Below are positions 1-9,640 of a stretch of 64,000 nucleotides of DNA, piece after piece. The stretch lies in the IMG/VR virus record IMGVR_UViG_3300037991_001277, positions 32,001 through 96,000 of that record; one strand, given 5' to 3'. The notes under the pieces are model-generated. The model was given only the letters and a program-made list of their open reading frames with translations. It did not search any database and was not told the origin of the DNA. The stretch comes from a virus (lineage: Duplodnaviria > Caudoviricetes). Numbering within the stretch: the stretch's first letter is position 1; every line of letters starts with the position of its first letter. Made by a program: the position numbers and the translations under genes.

Positions 1-83
1 ACGAACATTTGCGTAACAAACGCAAAAAGAGAAAAAAGGGCAAGCAGCACAGCGATTTCAATAAGTATGGTGAAGAAGAGTGA
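1..83 (+). CDS. 3' end of upstream ORF (partial, basic C-terminus)
   Basis: Frame open from the window edge (EHLRNKRKKRKKGKQHSDFNKYGEEE) to TGA at 81-83. Confidence 0.4.
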   Translation, partial: EHLRNKRKKRKKGKQHSDFNKYGEEE

Positions 84-118
84 TGCCGCTTTATTTATGT
101 AGGTGAACAAACAGAGGA

Positions 119-1510
119 TTGGTTAGTGTGTTGCGAAGTCAGCGGAGGAATGGTATCGAACTCCTCAAGGGGGTCAATGACCTCATTGTGGCAGGGTATG
201 CTTCAGTTGAACTCGTAGACAAACAAGGAGATTTAATTACAAGGTCAGCATTGAAAGACGCTTTCAAGAAGTTTATGTCAGACCCAAAATACAGAAATGT
301 CCAACTAGCACATTCAAACATACAAGTAGGAGAAGTAATTTCAAATTATACAGATAATCAAGGGAGGTTGTGGAAAAGCGAAGTAGACGATGCTGGAATG
401 TTTGTTGTAGTAAAATTAAGAAACGACATTGAGAAGGCACGAGAAGTAGCAAGCGAAATCCGAAAAGGAAACCTAACGGGATTCAGCATCGGAGGACAGG
501 CATTCAAGCGAGTAAACAAAAGCGATAAATCCCACGGCTCATATCAAGAAATATCAAAACTAGAATTACACGAAATCACAATATGCGAAAAAGGAATTAA
601 CCCCGAAGCCACATTCAACATACTAAAAGAAGATAAAAACAAGGTGAACAAAATGACCGATGAAGTAATGGAACAAATGAACGATGTACTAACCCGATTA
701 GAAGGCAGACTTGACTCTATGGAGAAAGGAGAAATGCCTCAAGCATTGAAAGACGCTCAAAAGAAGAAAAAAGAAGATTCTGAAGAGAAAGACGACAAAA
801 TGAAGGCGAACTACATGGACAAAGATGAGAAGAAAGATGAAGAGAAAGACGACAAGAAAGATGACAAGATGAAATCTGAGTTTTCAGATGTTATCACTTC
901 TGAATACCTAGATTGGATGGAGAGCACTCTCAAATCCGCAGGTATTGACACTGATGGTGCTCGTGCTCACTTTGACGGAATCGCAAAAGCAAATCTAGGC
1001 TCTACTCCTGAAGCAATTGGAGACGGTGCTGATTACTTCGCTGGTCAAGTCAAGGGTCGTGCTCAAGAAGGAGGCAACCCATCTACTAACGCTATCCAGC
1101 GTGCTGGACTAAGCGGTGGTGGCAGTCTTGAAAAGTCTGACTTTATCACAGGTCACAACATTGATGCTTACCGCATTGAAGAAGCATATGGCGTATTCAA
1201 AGCAGCAAAGCAAGAAGAAGAGTTCCGCAAGTCTCTTGAAGCAAACTTTGAAGGTCGCTTCGCACAAGAAACTCAAGCAGAAATCGCAAAGGCTCAGGCA
1301 GCAAACTTTGACGCTCGTGCTCCTCTTGACGAGGTAATGAAGGCTCTAGGAGCACTCAACGAGAGAATTGACAATCTATCTAATGGCGAAGGCGAATTAA
1401 TCGCTAAGTCTGCCTCACCAACCATTGATGTACCAAGCACACAAGACTTGGCTAACATGAGTTGGGAGGAAGTTCACCAACTTGCTGGAGGACTATACCG
1501 CAGTGAGTGA
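119..1510 (+). CDS. HK97-type prohead protease fused to scaffold domain
   Basis: Protease motifs VAGYAS..VDKQGD, LAH, GFSIGG, LHEITI..GINPEA, followed by a charged helical region; directly upstream of the capsid gene. True start may be GTG 128. Confidence 0.85.
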   Translation: MVSVLRSQRRNGIELLKGVNDLIVAGYASVELVDKQGDLITRSALKDAFKKFMSDPKYRNVQLAHSNIQVGEVISNYTDNQGRLWKSEVDDAGMFVVVKLRNDIEKAREVASEIRKGNLTGFSIGGQAFKRVNKSDKSHGSYQEISKLELHEITICEKGINPEATFNILKEDKNKVNKMTDEVMEQMNDVLTRLEGRLDSMEKGEMPQALKDAQKKKKEDSEEKDDKMKANYMDKDEKKDEEKDDKKDDKMKSEFSDVITSEYLDWMESTLKSAGIDTDGARAHFDGIAKANLGSTPEAIGDGADYFAGQVKGRAQEGGNPSTNAIQRAGLSGGGSLEKSDFITGHNIDAYRIEEAYGVFKAAKQEEEFRKSLEANFEGRFAQETQAEIAKAQAANFDARAPLDEVMKALGALNERIDNLSNGEGELIAKSASPTIDVPSTQDLANMSWEEVHQLAGGLYRSE

Positions 1511-1547
1511 GGACTCATACAATAACAAAAAATAGGAGATGAAAAAT

Positions 1548-2723
1548 ATGGCACGAAATTATGTACGAACAGTAACAGACATGGAAAGATACTACTACGG
1601 AGCAGGTAACTCAATGGGTTACACTTACACTGGTAGTGAACTTCTCAAAGCAGATTCACCAATGCTAAGCACCACTGCTGGAACATACCAAGCAATCTAT
1701 GGTCGCAAAGTTTGGTCACAGTTGAACCAAGAGTTCAACGCATTTTCAATTCTACCAAAGAAGCCGTGGGAGCGCAGTGGATGGAGAGTCATCACTGAGA
1801 AGCCTAACAGCGGTGCAGTACACGGTGGAATCGCAGAAAACGGTACACTACCTGAAACTGTTAAGCCTACTTTCCAACATGTAGCAGCAAAGCCAAAGAC
1901 AATCGCTCACTCTTTCGATGTAAGCGAAGTTGCAGTATTCCTTGCAGACAAGGATGACGGACTTGGTGACATGCGCTCAGTTCTGAAAGAAGAAATGGGT
2001 AAGCACCACGCTGAAATGGTAAACAAGATGCTCTTGACTGACTGTTCTACAGCAGCAGGTAACAACTTTGAATCACTTGACAGAATCACCGCTGCTGAAG
2101 CAAGCAACGGAGCAGGTTCAGCAACTACCTTGAAAACCACATCCAGCAACAACCACGCTGATGATGGTGACCTTGACATTTACAGCATTGACCGCAGAGA
2201 CAATGCTTGGGCTAGTGCAGAAGTAAACTGTGCAGCAGATACTACAGCAGGTAACAAGCGTGTTCTATCATTAGACCACCTTGACACAATCTTCCAGCAA
2301 GTTTGGGAGCGTGGTGGTAATCCAAAGGTTATCCTAACTGGATATGACACTCTAATGAGACTACAGCAACTACTACAGGCTCAACAAAGATTCATGGAGG
2401 AGAAGAGAGTTACTCCAACCTACAACGGTGTTAAGGGTGTACCCGGTATCGAAGCAGGTTTCATTGTAGCAACTTACAATGGTGTACCTATCATTCCATC
2501 CAAGGATGTTGTAAAGACAGATGGCCTAAGCAGAATGTACCTCTTAGACACTGACTACATGTACTTTAGCACAGCAATCCCTACTCAATACTTTGAGTCC
2601 GGTATCGAAACTGGCGACCCATTCGCTATCAACAGACTAGGACAAGAAGGACTTTACCGTACAATGGGTGAAGTTTGGACTACTTTCTTCGGAGCACAGG
2701 CAAGCATCCGTGACTTGAAGTGA
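1548..2723 (+). CDS. major capsid protein (HK97 fold, magrovirus/halovirus type)
   Basis: ~390 aa after the protease; FESLDRI and YNGVPIIPS motifs; RBS AGGAGATGA before ATG 1548. Confidence 0.85.
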   Translation: MARNYVRTVTDMERYYYGAGNSMGYTYTGSELLKADSPMLSTTAGTYQAIYGRKVWSQLNQEFNAFSILPKKPWERSGWRVITEKPNSGAVHGGIAENGTLPETVKPTFQHVAAKPKTIAHSFDVSEVAVFLADKDDGLGDMRSVLKEEMGKHHAEMVNKMLLTDCSTAAGNNFESLDRITAAEASNGAGSATTLKTTSSNNHADDGDLDIYSIDRRDNAWASAEVNCAADTTAGNKRVLSLDHLDTIFQQVWERGGNPKVILTGYDTLMRLQQLLQAQQRFMEEKRVTPTYNGVKGVPGIEAGFIVATYNGVPIIPSKDVVKTDGLSRMYLLDTDYMYFSTAIPTQYFESGIETGDPFAINRLGQEGLYRTMGEVWTTFFGAQASIRDLK

Positions 2724-2758
2724 GGATAATAACAAAAAAATATAGGAGATGAAAAAAT

Positions 2759-3160
2759 ATGGCAGTAACATTGACAAGAACGACAGGCAGTGGTGGAGTA
2801 ATGACCATCAAAACTGAACTAGACCTTTATGCAGGTAGCCCAAATGATAGCACAGCATGGCTCGATGGTGGAGCAGCGGCTGACTCTTATCCGGGTGCTC
2901 TTGATGGATTCCAAGCAAAAAATACCAACACAACTGATGCAGTGGCTGGATTAAAACTCATTGTTGGAGAATGCACTTTGGTTCAAAATGGAAATGTATT
3001 CACAGTTGGAGGAGACGCAAGTATTGTTCAATCCGTTATCATTGGTGGTAGCGGTGCGGCTGGTAAGTCTTTGACAGCAGTAGCAAGCGGTGGTACAATC
3101 ACATTTACCGCAGAAGCAACCATTGATACTACAGTTGGATTCATGGCTATCGTGGCATGA
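2759..3160 (+). CDS. putative capsid decoration / minor structural protein
   Basis: Beta-rich G/T/A/V protein right after the capsid gene, with a near-identical leader. Confidence 0.55.
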   Translation: MAVTLTRTTGSGGVMTIKTELDLYAGSPNDSTAWLDGGAAADSYPGALDGFQAKNTNTTDAVAGLKLIVGECTLVQNGNVFTVGGDASIVQSVIIGGSGAAGKSLTAVASGGTITFTAEATIDTTVGFMAIVA

Positions 3161-3170
3161 GGTGAACCTC

Positions 3171-3545
3171 ATGCCTACAGTAACCTACATGGGGCGTTCT
3201 TGGACTACAAGAAATATAGACGCTTCTTATCCCGACTTTGTGAGGGGTAGACCTGTTGAAGTCACAACAGCGTGGCTCGACAAGTGGGGGCATAGACTTA
3301 GTGACGATTTTATCGTAGAAGGGTATGAATCTGTAGATTCAGGTAATGATGATATTCCTGATGCTGGATGGAGTCGTGCTGATATAGCAGCATGGCTCGC
3401 AAAATACGACATTAAGCCAAAAGGCTATGCAACTAAAACTACTCTCCTACAACTTGTCGAGACTGTTATGAGTCCTGACGGTGCTGAGGAGACAGAAGCA
3501 CTTATAGAAGAGAGTGCAGAAGAAGAAACAACTGGAGATGAATGA
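3171..3545 (+). CDS. HeH/LEM/SAP-like domain protein
   Basis: RBS GAGGTGA before ATG 3171; WSRADIAAWLAKYDIKPKGYATKTTLLQLV resembles a helix-extension-helix motif; acidic tail. Confidence 0.55.
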   Translation: MPTVTYMGRSWTTRNIDASYPDFVRGRPVEVTTAWLDKWGHRLSDDFIVEGYESVDSGNDDIPDAGWSRADIAAWLAKYDIKPKGYATKTTLLQLVETVMSPDGAEETEALIEESAEEETTGDE

Positions 3546-3547
3546 AT

Positions 3548-3778
3548 ATGGCAGTAACTATTGACCCACGACCAACCTATTTTGGAGACAGAATGATTGT
3601 AACAGGTAGCACCGATGGTGCTGAAACGATTGATTTGAGTAGTCTTTTGGCCTCAATTGATGGCGCAATTGCTAACCCAATCGGCTCAGCGGCTACGGCT
3701 ACTACTACTGGTATTGACGGAGCAACACTAGATGTTGGTGCGGCTTGTACTTTTGTAGCAATCGGCAGACGCTCTTGA
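3548..3778 (+). CDS. small virion structural protein (putative)
   Basis: RBS GGAGATGA; beta-rich; located in the head module. Confidence 0.55.
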   Translation: MAVTIDPRPTYFGDRMIVTGSTDGAETIDLSSLLASIDGAIANPIGSAATATTTGIDGATLDVGAACTFVAIGRRS

Positions 3779-3789
3779 GGTGGCTGTAA

Positions 3790-3963
3790 TTGGCAAAGAC
3801 CGTGACAATCCTTGGCCCTTATCCGCCAAAGGATTTCCAAGATAACACCGCTAAGTCTGCAATAGAGACAGCAATTAGTGATGCTATCGCTAGTAATACC
3901 TGTGTGTCTTGTGACCCACATGTTATTCTAGGTAATGTGTTCATATTCGTTACAACCAGTTGA
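3790..3963 (+). CDS. 57-aa hypothetical protein (not in ORF track)
   Basis: TTG start after GAGGTGG; MAKTVTILGPYPPKDFQD...FIFVTTS; fills the operon gap. Confidence 0.55.
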   Translation: MAKTVTILGPYPPKDFQDNTAKSAIETAISDAIASNTCVSCDPHVILGNVFIFVTTS

Positions 3964-3978
3964 GAGTGAGGGGTATGT

Positions 3979-4278
3979 ATGTCACTGAAGGAGCAATCAA
4001 TTGACTTAACGGATATTGAGCGTTTTCAAAAGCAAGGCATTCGTTCTGACGCACAAACTCTACTTGGTAAAGTCATTGATGAGGAAAACCCGCTAAAGGG
4101 TGTGACTCAAACACAGCGTAAGCGTAATCTTGAGGCCAGTGATGTTCTAAACATTGGCTCAGGCACTCGCTGCCAACACTGTGGTATGCTTCATTTCCTA
4201 TGGCGAGAAACCTGCGGTAGTTGCAGTAAACCTATGGAATACAACCTTGCTTCTGTTGATGAGGAGGCAAGAGCATGA
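3979..4278 (+). CDS. Zn-ribbon protein
   Basis: CQHC...CGSC; RBS GAGGGG. Confidence 0.65.
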   Translation: MSLKEQSIDLTDIERFQKQGIRSDAQTLLGKVIDEENPLKGVTQTQRKRNLEASDVLNIGSGTRCQHCGMLHFLWRETCGSCSKPMEYNLASVDEEARA

Positions 4279-4388
4279 CCCGTTGTAAACTCCTTGATGA
4301 ATGGTTTGATGCTAAGTCGAAAGAAGTCGATGATGCTGAAAAGAAAAGCAAGAAGTGTTTTGTAACGGGGGATAAGAAATGCCAATAA
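4275..4388 (+). CDS. 37-aa hypothetical protein
   Basis: ATGA overlap with the upstream stop, GAGGAGG upstream; fills the gap. Confidence 0.35.
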   Translation: MTRCKLLDEWFDAKSKEVDDAEKKSKKCFVTGDKKCQ

Positions 4389-5941
4389 TTTTCAATCCCG
4401 GTGAGGCTGAAACACGACCACTTGACCCTTCTGCTATTGTCTATACTACTGCACAGAAAGTTGCAGATTTCCTCTCAATTGGCCCTCAAGATGCGGTACT
4501 TGTTAGTGCAGATAGCACTACTAATACCGTTTTCGTCACTGGTGCTGATTACAGAACTATTGGTTTTGAATCGGGAGATACTATCCTCATTTACTCGGAT
4601 GCTGACCCACTAGGTATTGAGAGAGTAATTACAACCATAAGCACAAGTGCAAATGGGGTTGAACTTAATTTTGATACTACAATCACTGCTTCTAATTATC
4701 AGGCTGCTGACAATACCTATGTTCAAAACACAGCATCGTTTACCAATGGTAAAACTCGTGGTATGAAAAGGTCAGTTGTAGAGGCTCGTATCAAAGAGGC
4801 TCAGGATAAAATTGACAACCTTACACACAACGCTTGGCGACCATATCTTGTGAGTGCCGAGTACATTAACTTCGACACATACAAGCCATACAGGAGAAGA
4901 TACTATACAGATTATGTCGGTACTGCTCCTCTACTGTTTAGAAATGTGCAACAGATTCTTCGTCTTGAATTATGGCAGGGAGACGACTATCGAGAAATCT
5001 GTAGTGCTGAGGCTCGTATTCACATACCTGACGATGTAAGAGCACTTTCAGGCTCTATCATCATGTCTACAGGTAACGGCTCGGCTGCTACATTGACTAT
5101 CGGTACTGGTAGTAATCAATGGCGTGCTGACTTTGACCCTGCTACAACTGCACAAAATCTTGCTGACCTCATCAATAAAGAGGACAGAGTAAATAAAGCA
5201 GCAGTGGAGTTTTCACCAGCATACAAATTAGAAGGTTCTTCAAGCAACATCAATGTCGATAACGAGTTCCTCGCTACAGCAAATGCTGATTACGGCACTG
5301 GTAAAGTAAAGGTTACCAGTATGCGTGCTGGTAAAGGTGGTGAAACTTGTTCTATTGTCACCACTGACAGCAATATCCAACTCAAACAAACCACCAAACA
5401 TACAGCAACTATTACCAGTATTGTATCTACTACTGTCAATGTAGACGATACCAGTTCTTTTTCACACGCTGGTGTCTGTGTAAAGGGCGACACTGTGTTT
5501 AGATATACTGGTAAAACTGCTACATCATTTACAGGATGCGTTATTGTTGTAGGTAGTCCTCTTAGTGACCTTAGTGGAGAAATCATTCAGCACACTTTTA
5601 CTATCGACTTACAAGGTGGCTCAGCAAGTGGTGATAATGCTCGTCTAAGAGATTGGTGGGCTGACTATGAGATGGGTATTATCTACTTCAACAACTCCTA
5701 TCCGTTCTTTGAGTGGAATGCTATCAAGTGCTCATACATTTATGGTGAGAGATACTTAGAGAAAGCCATTGAAGAGGCTGCTACAAAGATGGTGGCGATT
5801 GATGTTCTAATGTCAGATGACAGAAGTGTATTGATTCCTGAAGGAACTCAGAATGTAGATTTGACTTCAAAGATTCAGTTGCTACGGGCTGAAGTCGATG
5901 CTATCTTAGCCCGATATATCGAAATTGTTGTGTTTGAGTGA
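4379..5941 (+). CDS. putative head-tail adaptor with inserted beta domains
   Basis: Helical IKEAQDKIDNLT and C-terminal YIYG...IEEAATKMVAIDVL resemble SPP1 gp15/HK97 gp6-type adaptors; position between head and tail genes. Confidence 0.55.
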   Translation: MPIIFNPGEAETRPLDPSAIVYTTAQKVADFLSIGPQDAVLVSADSTTNTVFVTGADYRTIGFESGDTILIYSDADPLGIERVITTISTSANGVELNFDTTITASNYQAADNTYVQNTASFTNGKTRGMKRSVVEARIKEAQDKIDNLTHNAWRPYLVSAEYINFDTYKPYRRRYYTDYVGTAPLLFRNVQQILRLELWQGDDYREICSAEARIHIPDDVRALSGSIIMSTGNGSAATLTIGTGSNQWRADFDPATTAQNLADLINKEDRVNKAAVEFSPAYKLEGSSSNINVDNEFLATANADYGTGKVKVTSMRAGKGGETCSIVTTDSNIQLKQTTKHTATITSIVSTTVNVDDTSSFSHAGVCVKGDTVFRYTGKTATSFTGCVIVVGSPLSDLSGEIIQHTFTIDLQGGSASGDNARLRDWWADYEMGIIYFNNSYPFFEWNAIKCSYIYGERYLEKAIEEAATKMVAIDVLMSDDRSVLIPEGTQNVDLTSKIQLLRAEVDAILARYIEIVVFE

Positions 5942-5947
5942 TGCCCT

Positions 5948-6283
5948 ATGAAGCCTCAAGATGAGTTTTTGGAAATGCTGACTGCTGAATTGTCAGACCC
6001 AAAGATGCAAAAAGAACTTCGTGCTGTTATTACTCAGCGACCTGAAGTGTTTAGAGATAAGGTCGAAGCACAAGAATTAGGCATGTATAGTATTAGAAAA
6101 ACTGACGATGGTTACAAAAAAGGTAACCAAGCAGCACCTCAGTCTGAGATTAATGCTGCATTAAAAAATGCCGATAAGCGTATGCTCCGTGAATCACCAC
6201 TGTTAATTGAGAAAAAGTTGGTGTTTAAGGGTGGCTTGTTGCTGCCTGATAAGAAGGCATACAAGAAAATGAAGGCGGAGTGA
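5948..6283 (+). CDS. hypothetical protein (neck region)
   Basis: ORF within a tightly packed operon. Confidence 0.6.
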   Translation: MKPQDEFLEMLTAELSDPKMQKELRAVITQRPEVFRDKVEAQELGMYSIRKTDDGYKKGNQAAPQSEINAALKNADKRMLRESPLLIEKKLVFKGGLLLPDKKAYKKMKAE

Positions 6284-6287
6284 TAAT

Positions 6288-6734
6288 ATGGTTGCTACAT
6301 TTACTGAGTCTCTTGATATGGTTATTAGCACTCTCAATGACTGGAATCGTGCTAACACTAGCAACATCAAACCAGTCATAGCCGATATTGCTACCCTTGT
6401 TCCTGAGCGTGGAAAGAGGATTGATTTATCTCGCCACGACTATATTCTGTGCTACGAAACAGCACACAACGAAGAAGCACCTGAATTGCTGTATGACTTC
6501 GTTACCACTCGTCTCAACATAACAGTTGATGCTCGTACATCAAAGGGTAGAAAGCATCTTCAGTTGATGGAGAATGAGATTAGAAGATTGATTCACTCCG
6601 TAAGAAAAGGTGACGGTGTAAACTTTGACCGCATGGTTTACAAGACCCGTACCGATTTATCTGATAGGTCGAAAGTATTATTCCGAATGACCTTTCAGAT
6701 AGAAGTAGTTATCTTTGCGGAGTTAGTGCCTTGA
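6288..6734 (+). CDS. putative tail terminator / completion protein
   Basis: 148 aa alpha/beta protein immediately before the tail tube gene. Confidence 0.5.
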   Translation: MVATFTESLDMVISTLNDWNRANTSNIKPVIADIATLVPERGKRIDLSRHDYILCYETAHNEEAPELLYDFVTTRLNITVDARTSKGRKHLQLMENEIRRLIHSVRKGDGVNFDRMVYKTRTDLSDRSKVLFRMTFQIEVVIFAELVP

Positions 6735-6745
6735 GTTGAGCCGAC

Positions 6746-8758
6746 ATGCCATCTACAGTATACAAAGGAGATTTAACCGAAGTCTCATTCGGTCACGAAA
6801 CAGCATTGGAACTAAAACACAATGGATTTGGCTCATCGTTTTTGTTCAAACATGTATCTACAGATGCTAATTCAAACACCAGTGTTATTGGATTTTCAGG
6901 CGGTGGCTCTGCTTTACCTTGTGCTGGAGGACTTTTGAAATATCCAGTTGGTATGCTGGTCGGTTGTAAAATCTCTATTGTTGGTAAGACAAACTTCACG
7001 GCAGACGATTCTCACAATACTGGTCGCACTTACACTGTATTAGAGCACAAAAATCACTCTTCAAATGGAACGGAATTAACCGTTACACCTGCTTTGAAAT
7101 CAGGAATTGGTAATTCTGGCGCAAACGATATACTCATCATCAACTCTTTTGGTACACCAACCTTTGATGCAAATATGACTGGATGGAATATCACAGCGGC
7201 TTCTAGTAGTGAGCGTGTGCTTACTGACCAGTTCCTCGGTCTTGCTGCTACTGTTACTCTACCTGAAACAAAAGTAGACCTCAAGCGTTACCACATTGTA
7301 GGACTTGGCCGTGATGCTGCGGTGCAAGTACCGGGTCGTTTCCTAAATGAAGGTGGGTCATTTGAAGTCAATCTACACAATCCACGATGGTTGTATTATT
7401 GCTTAGGTATGGAGTCTATATCTTACATGGCAAACGGTGCTGCTGCAAATCTGTATGACTCACTTATGAGCAACACTCGCACTCTAAATGGTGCTGTCGA
7501 AAAAGGACAGTCTCTGATTACAGTAGATGGTGCTCTTCAATTTACCAGTGCTGCAAATGGTAGTGCTGGAACATCTAACGCTCAAGCAGGTGATTACATT
7601 CTTATTAGAGACACAACGGTAGAGGATATTATAACTCACCGTGAAGGTACAACAGCGACTGGTGCTGCTTTTGGTGCGGTGAATATTGAAGGAGATGACT
7701 TCTTTGACACCACTCAAAAGAATGAGATTCGTAGAATCGCTGCTATTGATGGTAATACTATCTTCCTAGATGACGGTCTTTGTTACGGTCACGCTGATGG
7801 TTGTCAAGTGCGTATCATTCGCTTTGATGGAGACGGGGGAGGAGCAACCAATACTGGTAGCCCTCATCGTGCATCAACAGGTGCTCTTACATTCCCTATC
7901 AGTCGTTTGCTTTATTCTCGTGATAGCGTGCCATCTTTTGCTATGGAGGTAAGCATTCGTAGAAGAGATGTAGAGGGTGCTGATGCTGATGTTACAGACG
8001 GAGGAACAACAGACCCTAAACAACTCACTCGTGTGTTTAAGGGGTGCAAGGTCAAAGATTTCTCTATGACTGCTGATACAGATGCTGCTCTTCGACTTAG
8101 CGTAAACTTTGATTCAGCACTATGCTACACAGATACTGGTCGTCTTGAAACCACTGCTGTATCTAATTACTCAAGTGGTACAAAAGGTGACAGATACAAA
8201 ACTCATCGTATGTTTGAAGAAACAGCAAGCACGCCTGTTCTACGAAAAGAGGCTGGTATTGAGAAAGGTACACAAAAGCCATACATGTTCTACAACGGAA
8301 CAGTTGTAATTGCTGGAGTAAACATAGGTCAAGTTGTTTCATTCACTATTACTGGCAACACTGGAGTGCAGCAATTCTACACCATCAACGGTGCTGCTAC
8401 ATCCGACAGTGTTACTGACCAAATCCCATTCGGTGGCTCTCGTAACGCTTCACTTGCTATTGAGGGTAAAACTGAGTACAGCATGGACTGTGAGATTATT
8501 GTAGATGACCCAGTATTCTATCATAAGATGCGAAGGGCAGTAGACCACCCATCAAGTGCTGATAATATGATTCGTTTATCCTTTACAAAGCCGGGGTCTG
8601 CCACTCCTCGTGAGCAGATTGACATTATAGTAGATGACTTCTTTATCACAGAAGCACCACTACCAATCCCTGAAGATAAAGGCGTAATCAAAGCACCTTT
8701 GAAGATTTTACCAAAGGCTTTGCGTGTAGTTTCAAGAGACACGATACTACATTCTTGA
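6746..8758 (+). CDS. major tail tube protein with insertion domains
   Basis: N-terminal YKGDLTEVSFGHE, RVFKGCKVKDFSMT and C-terminal beta strands typical of tube proteins; upstream of chaperones and tape measure. Confidence 0.6.
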   Translation: MPSTVYKGDLTEVSFGHETALELKHNGFGSSFLFKHVSTDANSNTSVIGFSGGGSALPCAGGLLKYPVGMLVGCKISIVGKTNFTADDSHNTGRTYTVLEHKNHSSNGTELTVTPALKSGIGNSGANDILIINSFGTPTFDANMTGWNITAASSSERVLTDQFLGLAATVTLPETKVDLKRYHIVGLGRDAAVQVPGRFLNEGGSFEVNLHNPRWLYYCLGMESISYMANGAAANLYDSLMSNTRTLNGAVEKGQSLITVDGALQFTSAANGSAGTSNAQAGDYILIRDTTVEDIITHREGTTATGAAFGAVNIEGDDFFDTTQKNEIRRIAAIDGNTIFLDDGLCYGHADGCQVRIIRFDGDGGGATNTGSPHRASTGALTFPISRLLYSRDSVPSFAMEVSIRRRDVEGADADVTDGGTTDPKQLTRVFKGCKVKDFSMTADTDAALRLSVNFDSALCYTDTGRLETTAVSNYSSGTKGDRYKTHRMFEETASTPVLRKEAGIEKGTQKPYMFYNGTVVIAGVNIGQVVSFTITGNTGVQQFYTINGAATSDSVTDQIPFGGSRNASLAIEGKTEYSMDCEIIVDDPVFYHKMRRAVDHPSSADNMIRLSFTKPGSATPREQIDIIVDDFFITEAPLPIPEDKGVIKAPLKILPKALRVVSRDTILHS

Positions 8759-8769
8759 GGTGATTTAAC

Positions 8770-9312
8770 ATGGTAACACCAGCACAGCGAGCAAAAAAAT
8801 ATGGAGAACTGTCTTACGAAGAGTATGCTCTTTGGTATGCTTCTGAGATAGGAGTAACTGAAGGAGATATTACTGCTGCTGGTAAAATGCGCTCAGTAGA
8901 ACTCATTGAAGATGCAGTTACTGCACTTTTACCTACAGTAGATGAGCAAGATGTTGCTGAAGAGCCAACAGAAGAAGTATATGAAGCAACATCAGAATTG
9001 GCTACACCTGAAGAGATTGGTGATAGCGAAGATTTTCCAACAGACCTGACCTATGACGCTATGACCGTCAAGGAACTTCAGGCACTATGCAAAGACCGTG
9101 GGCTACCTGTCTACGGCACAAAAGCCGAAATCGCTCTACGCTTGAAGCGTGACGATGAAGGCATATCCGAGTCCACGACTGAGACTGAAGCCCCCGCTGA
9201 AGCGGCTGCTGAAGTTGAGTCGGACACCCCCGCTGAAGCGGCTGTGACCAATGGTGAGACAAATGACGAAAACAGTAGTAGCAAACAAGAATCTTTTGAT
9301 GAGACGGCATGA
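8770..9312 (+). CDS. acidic SAP-domain protein
   Basis: YDAMTVKELQALCKDRGLPVYGTKAEIALRL matches the SAP consensus. Confidence 0.75.
   Translation: MVTPAQRAKKYGELSYEEYALWYASEIGVTEGDITAAGKMRSVELIEDAVTALLPTVDEQDVAEEPTEEVYEATSELATPEEIGDSEDFPTDLTYDAMTVKELQALCKDRGLPVYGTKAEIALRLKRDDEGISESTTETEAPAEAAAEVESDTPAEAAVTNGETNDENSSSKQESFDETA
9191..9244 (+). repeat. 18-bp GC-rich direct repeat CCCCCGCTGAAGCGGCTG x2
   Basis: Copies at 9191-9208 and 9227-9244, each containing the hairpin CCGC-TGAA-GCGG. Confidence 0.8.
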
Positions 9313-9640
9313 TGAACAGAAACACGAAATTAGCGTAGACCCCGATAATCCTGATATTATCATGGAGGTTTGGGTGCGTGATGTTTCTTTCTTCGACATT
9401 CAAAAGGCTGCACAAGAAATGTTTAACATCGGTAAAGATGGTCAAATGTCTCTAAACCTAGAAGGCTTTTACAAATACGCTTTTTCAAATTGGGTAGTAC
9501 GAACTAACCCAGCCATGTCGAATGATGACTTATTGAAACTCAAGGGTCACATTGGTGAACAAATATCTGCACTCCTACCAAGTCCTAACGAACTGGGTGA
9601 AATGATGGCAGGGGGGTTTACCAAAGGCGGGAAGAAGTGA
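9263..9640 (+). CDS. tail assembly chaperone (gpG-like)
   Basis: Between tail tube and tape measure; RBS GGTGAG before ATG 9263. Confidence 0.6.
   Translation: MTKTVVANKNLLMRRHDEQKHEISVDPDNPDIIMEVWVRDVSFFDIQKAAQEMFNIGKDGQMSLNLEGFYKYAFSNWVVRTNPAMSNDDLLKLKGHIGEQISALLPSPNELGEMMAGGFTKGGKK

Noticed and set aside
760-875. GA-rich low-complexity tract
   Set aside because: Encodes a K/D/E-rich linker of the scaffold; not an independent repeat element.
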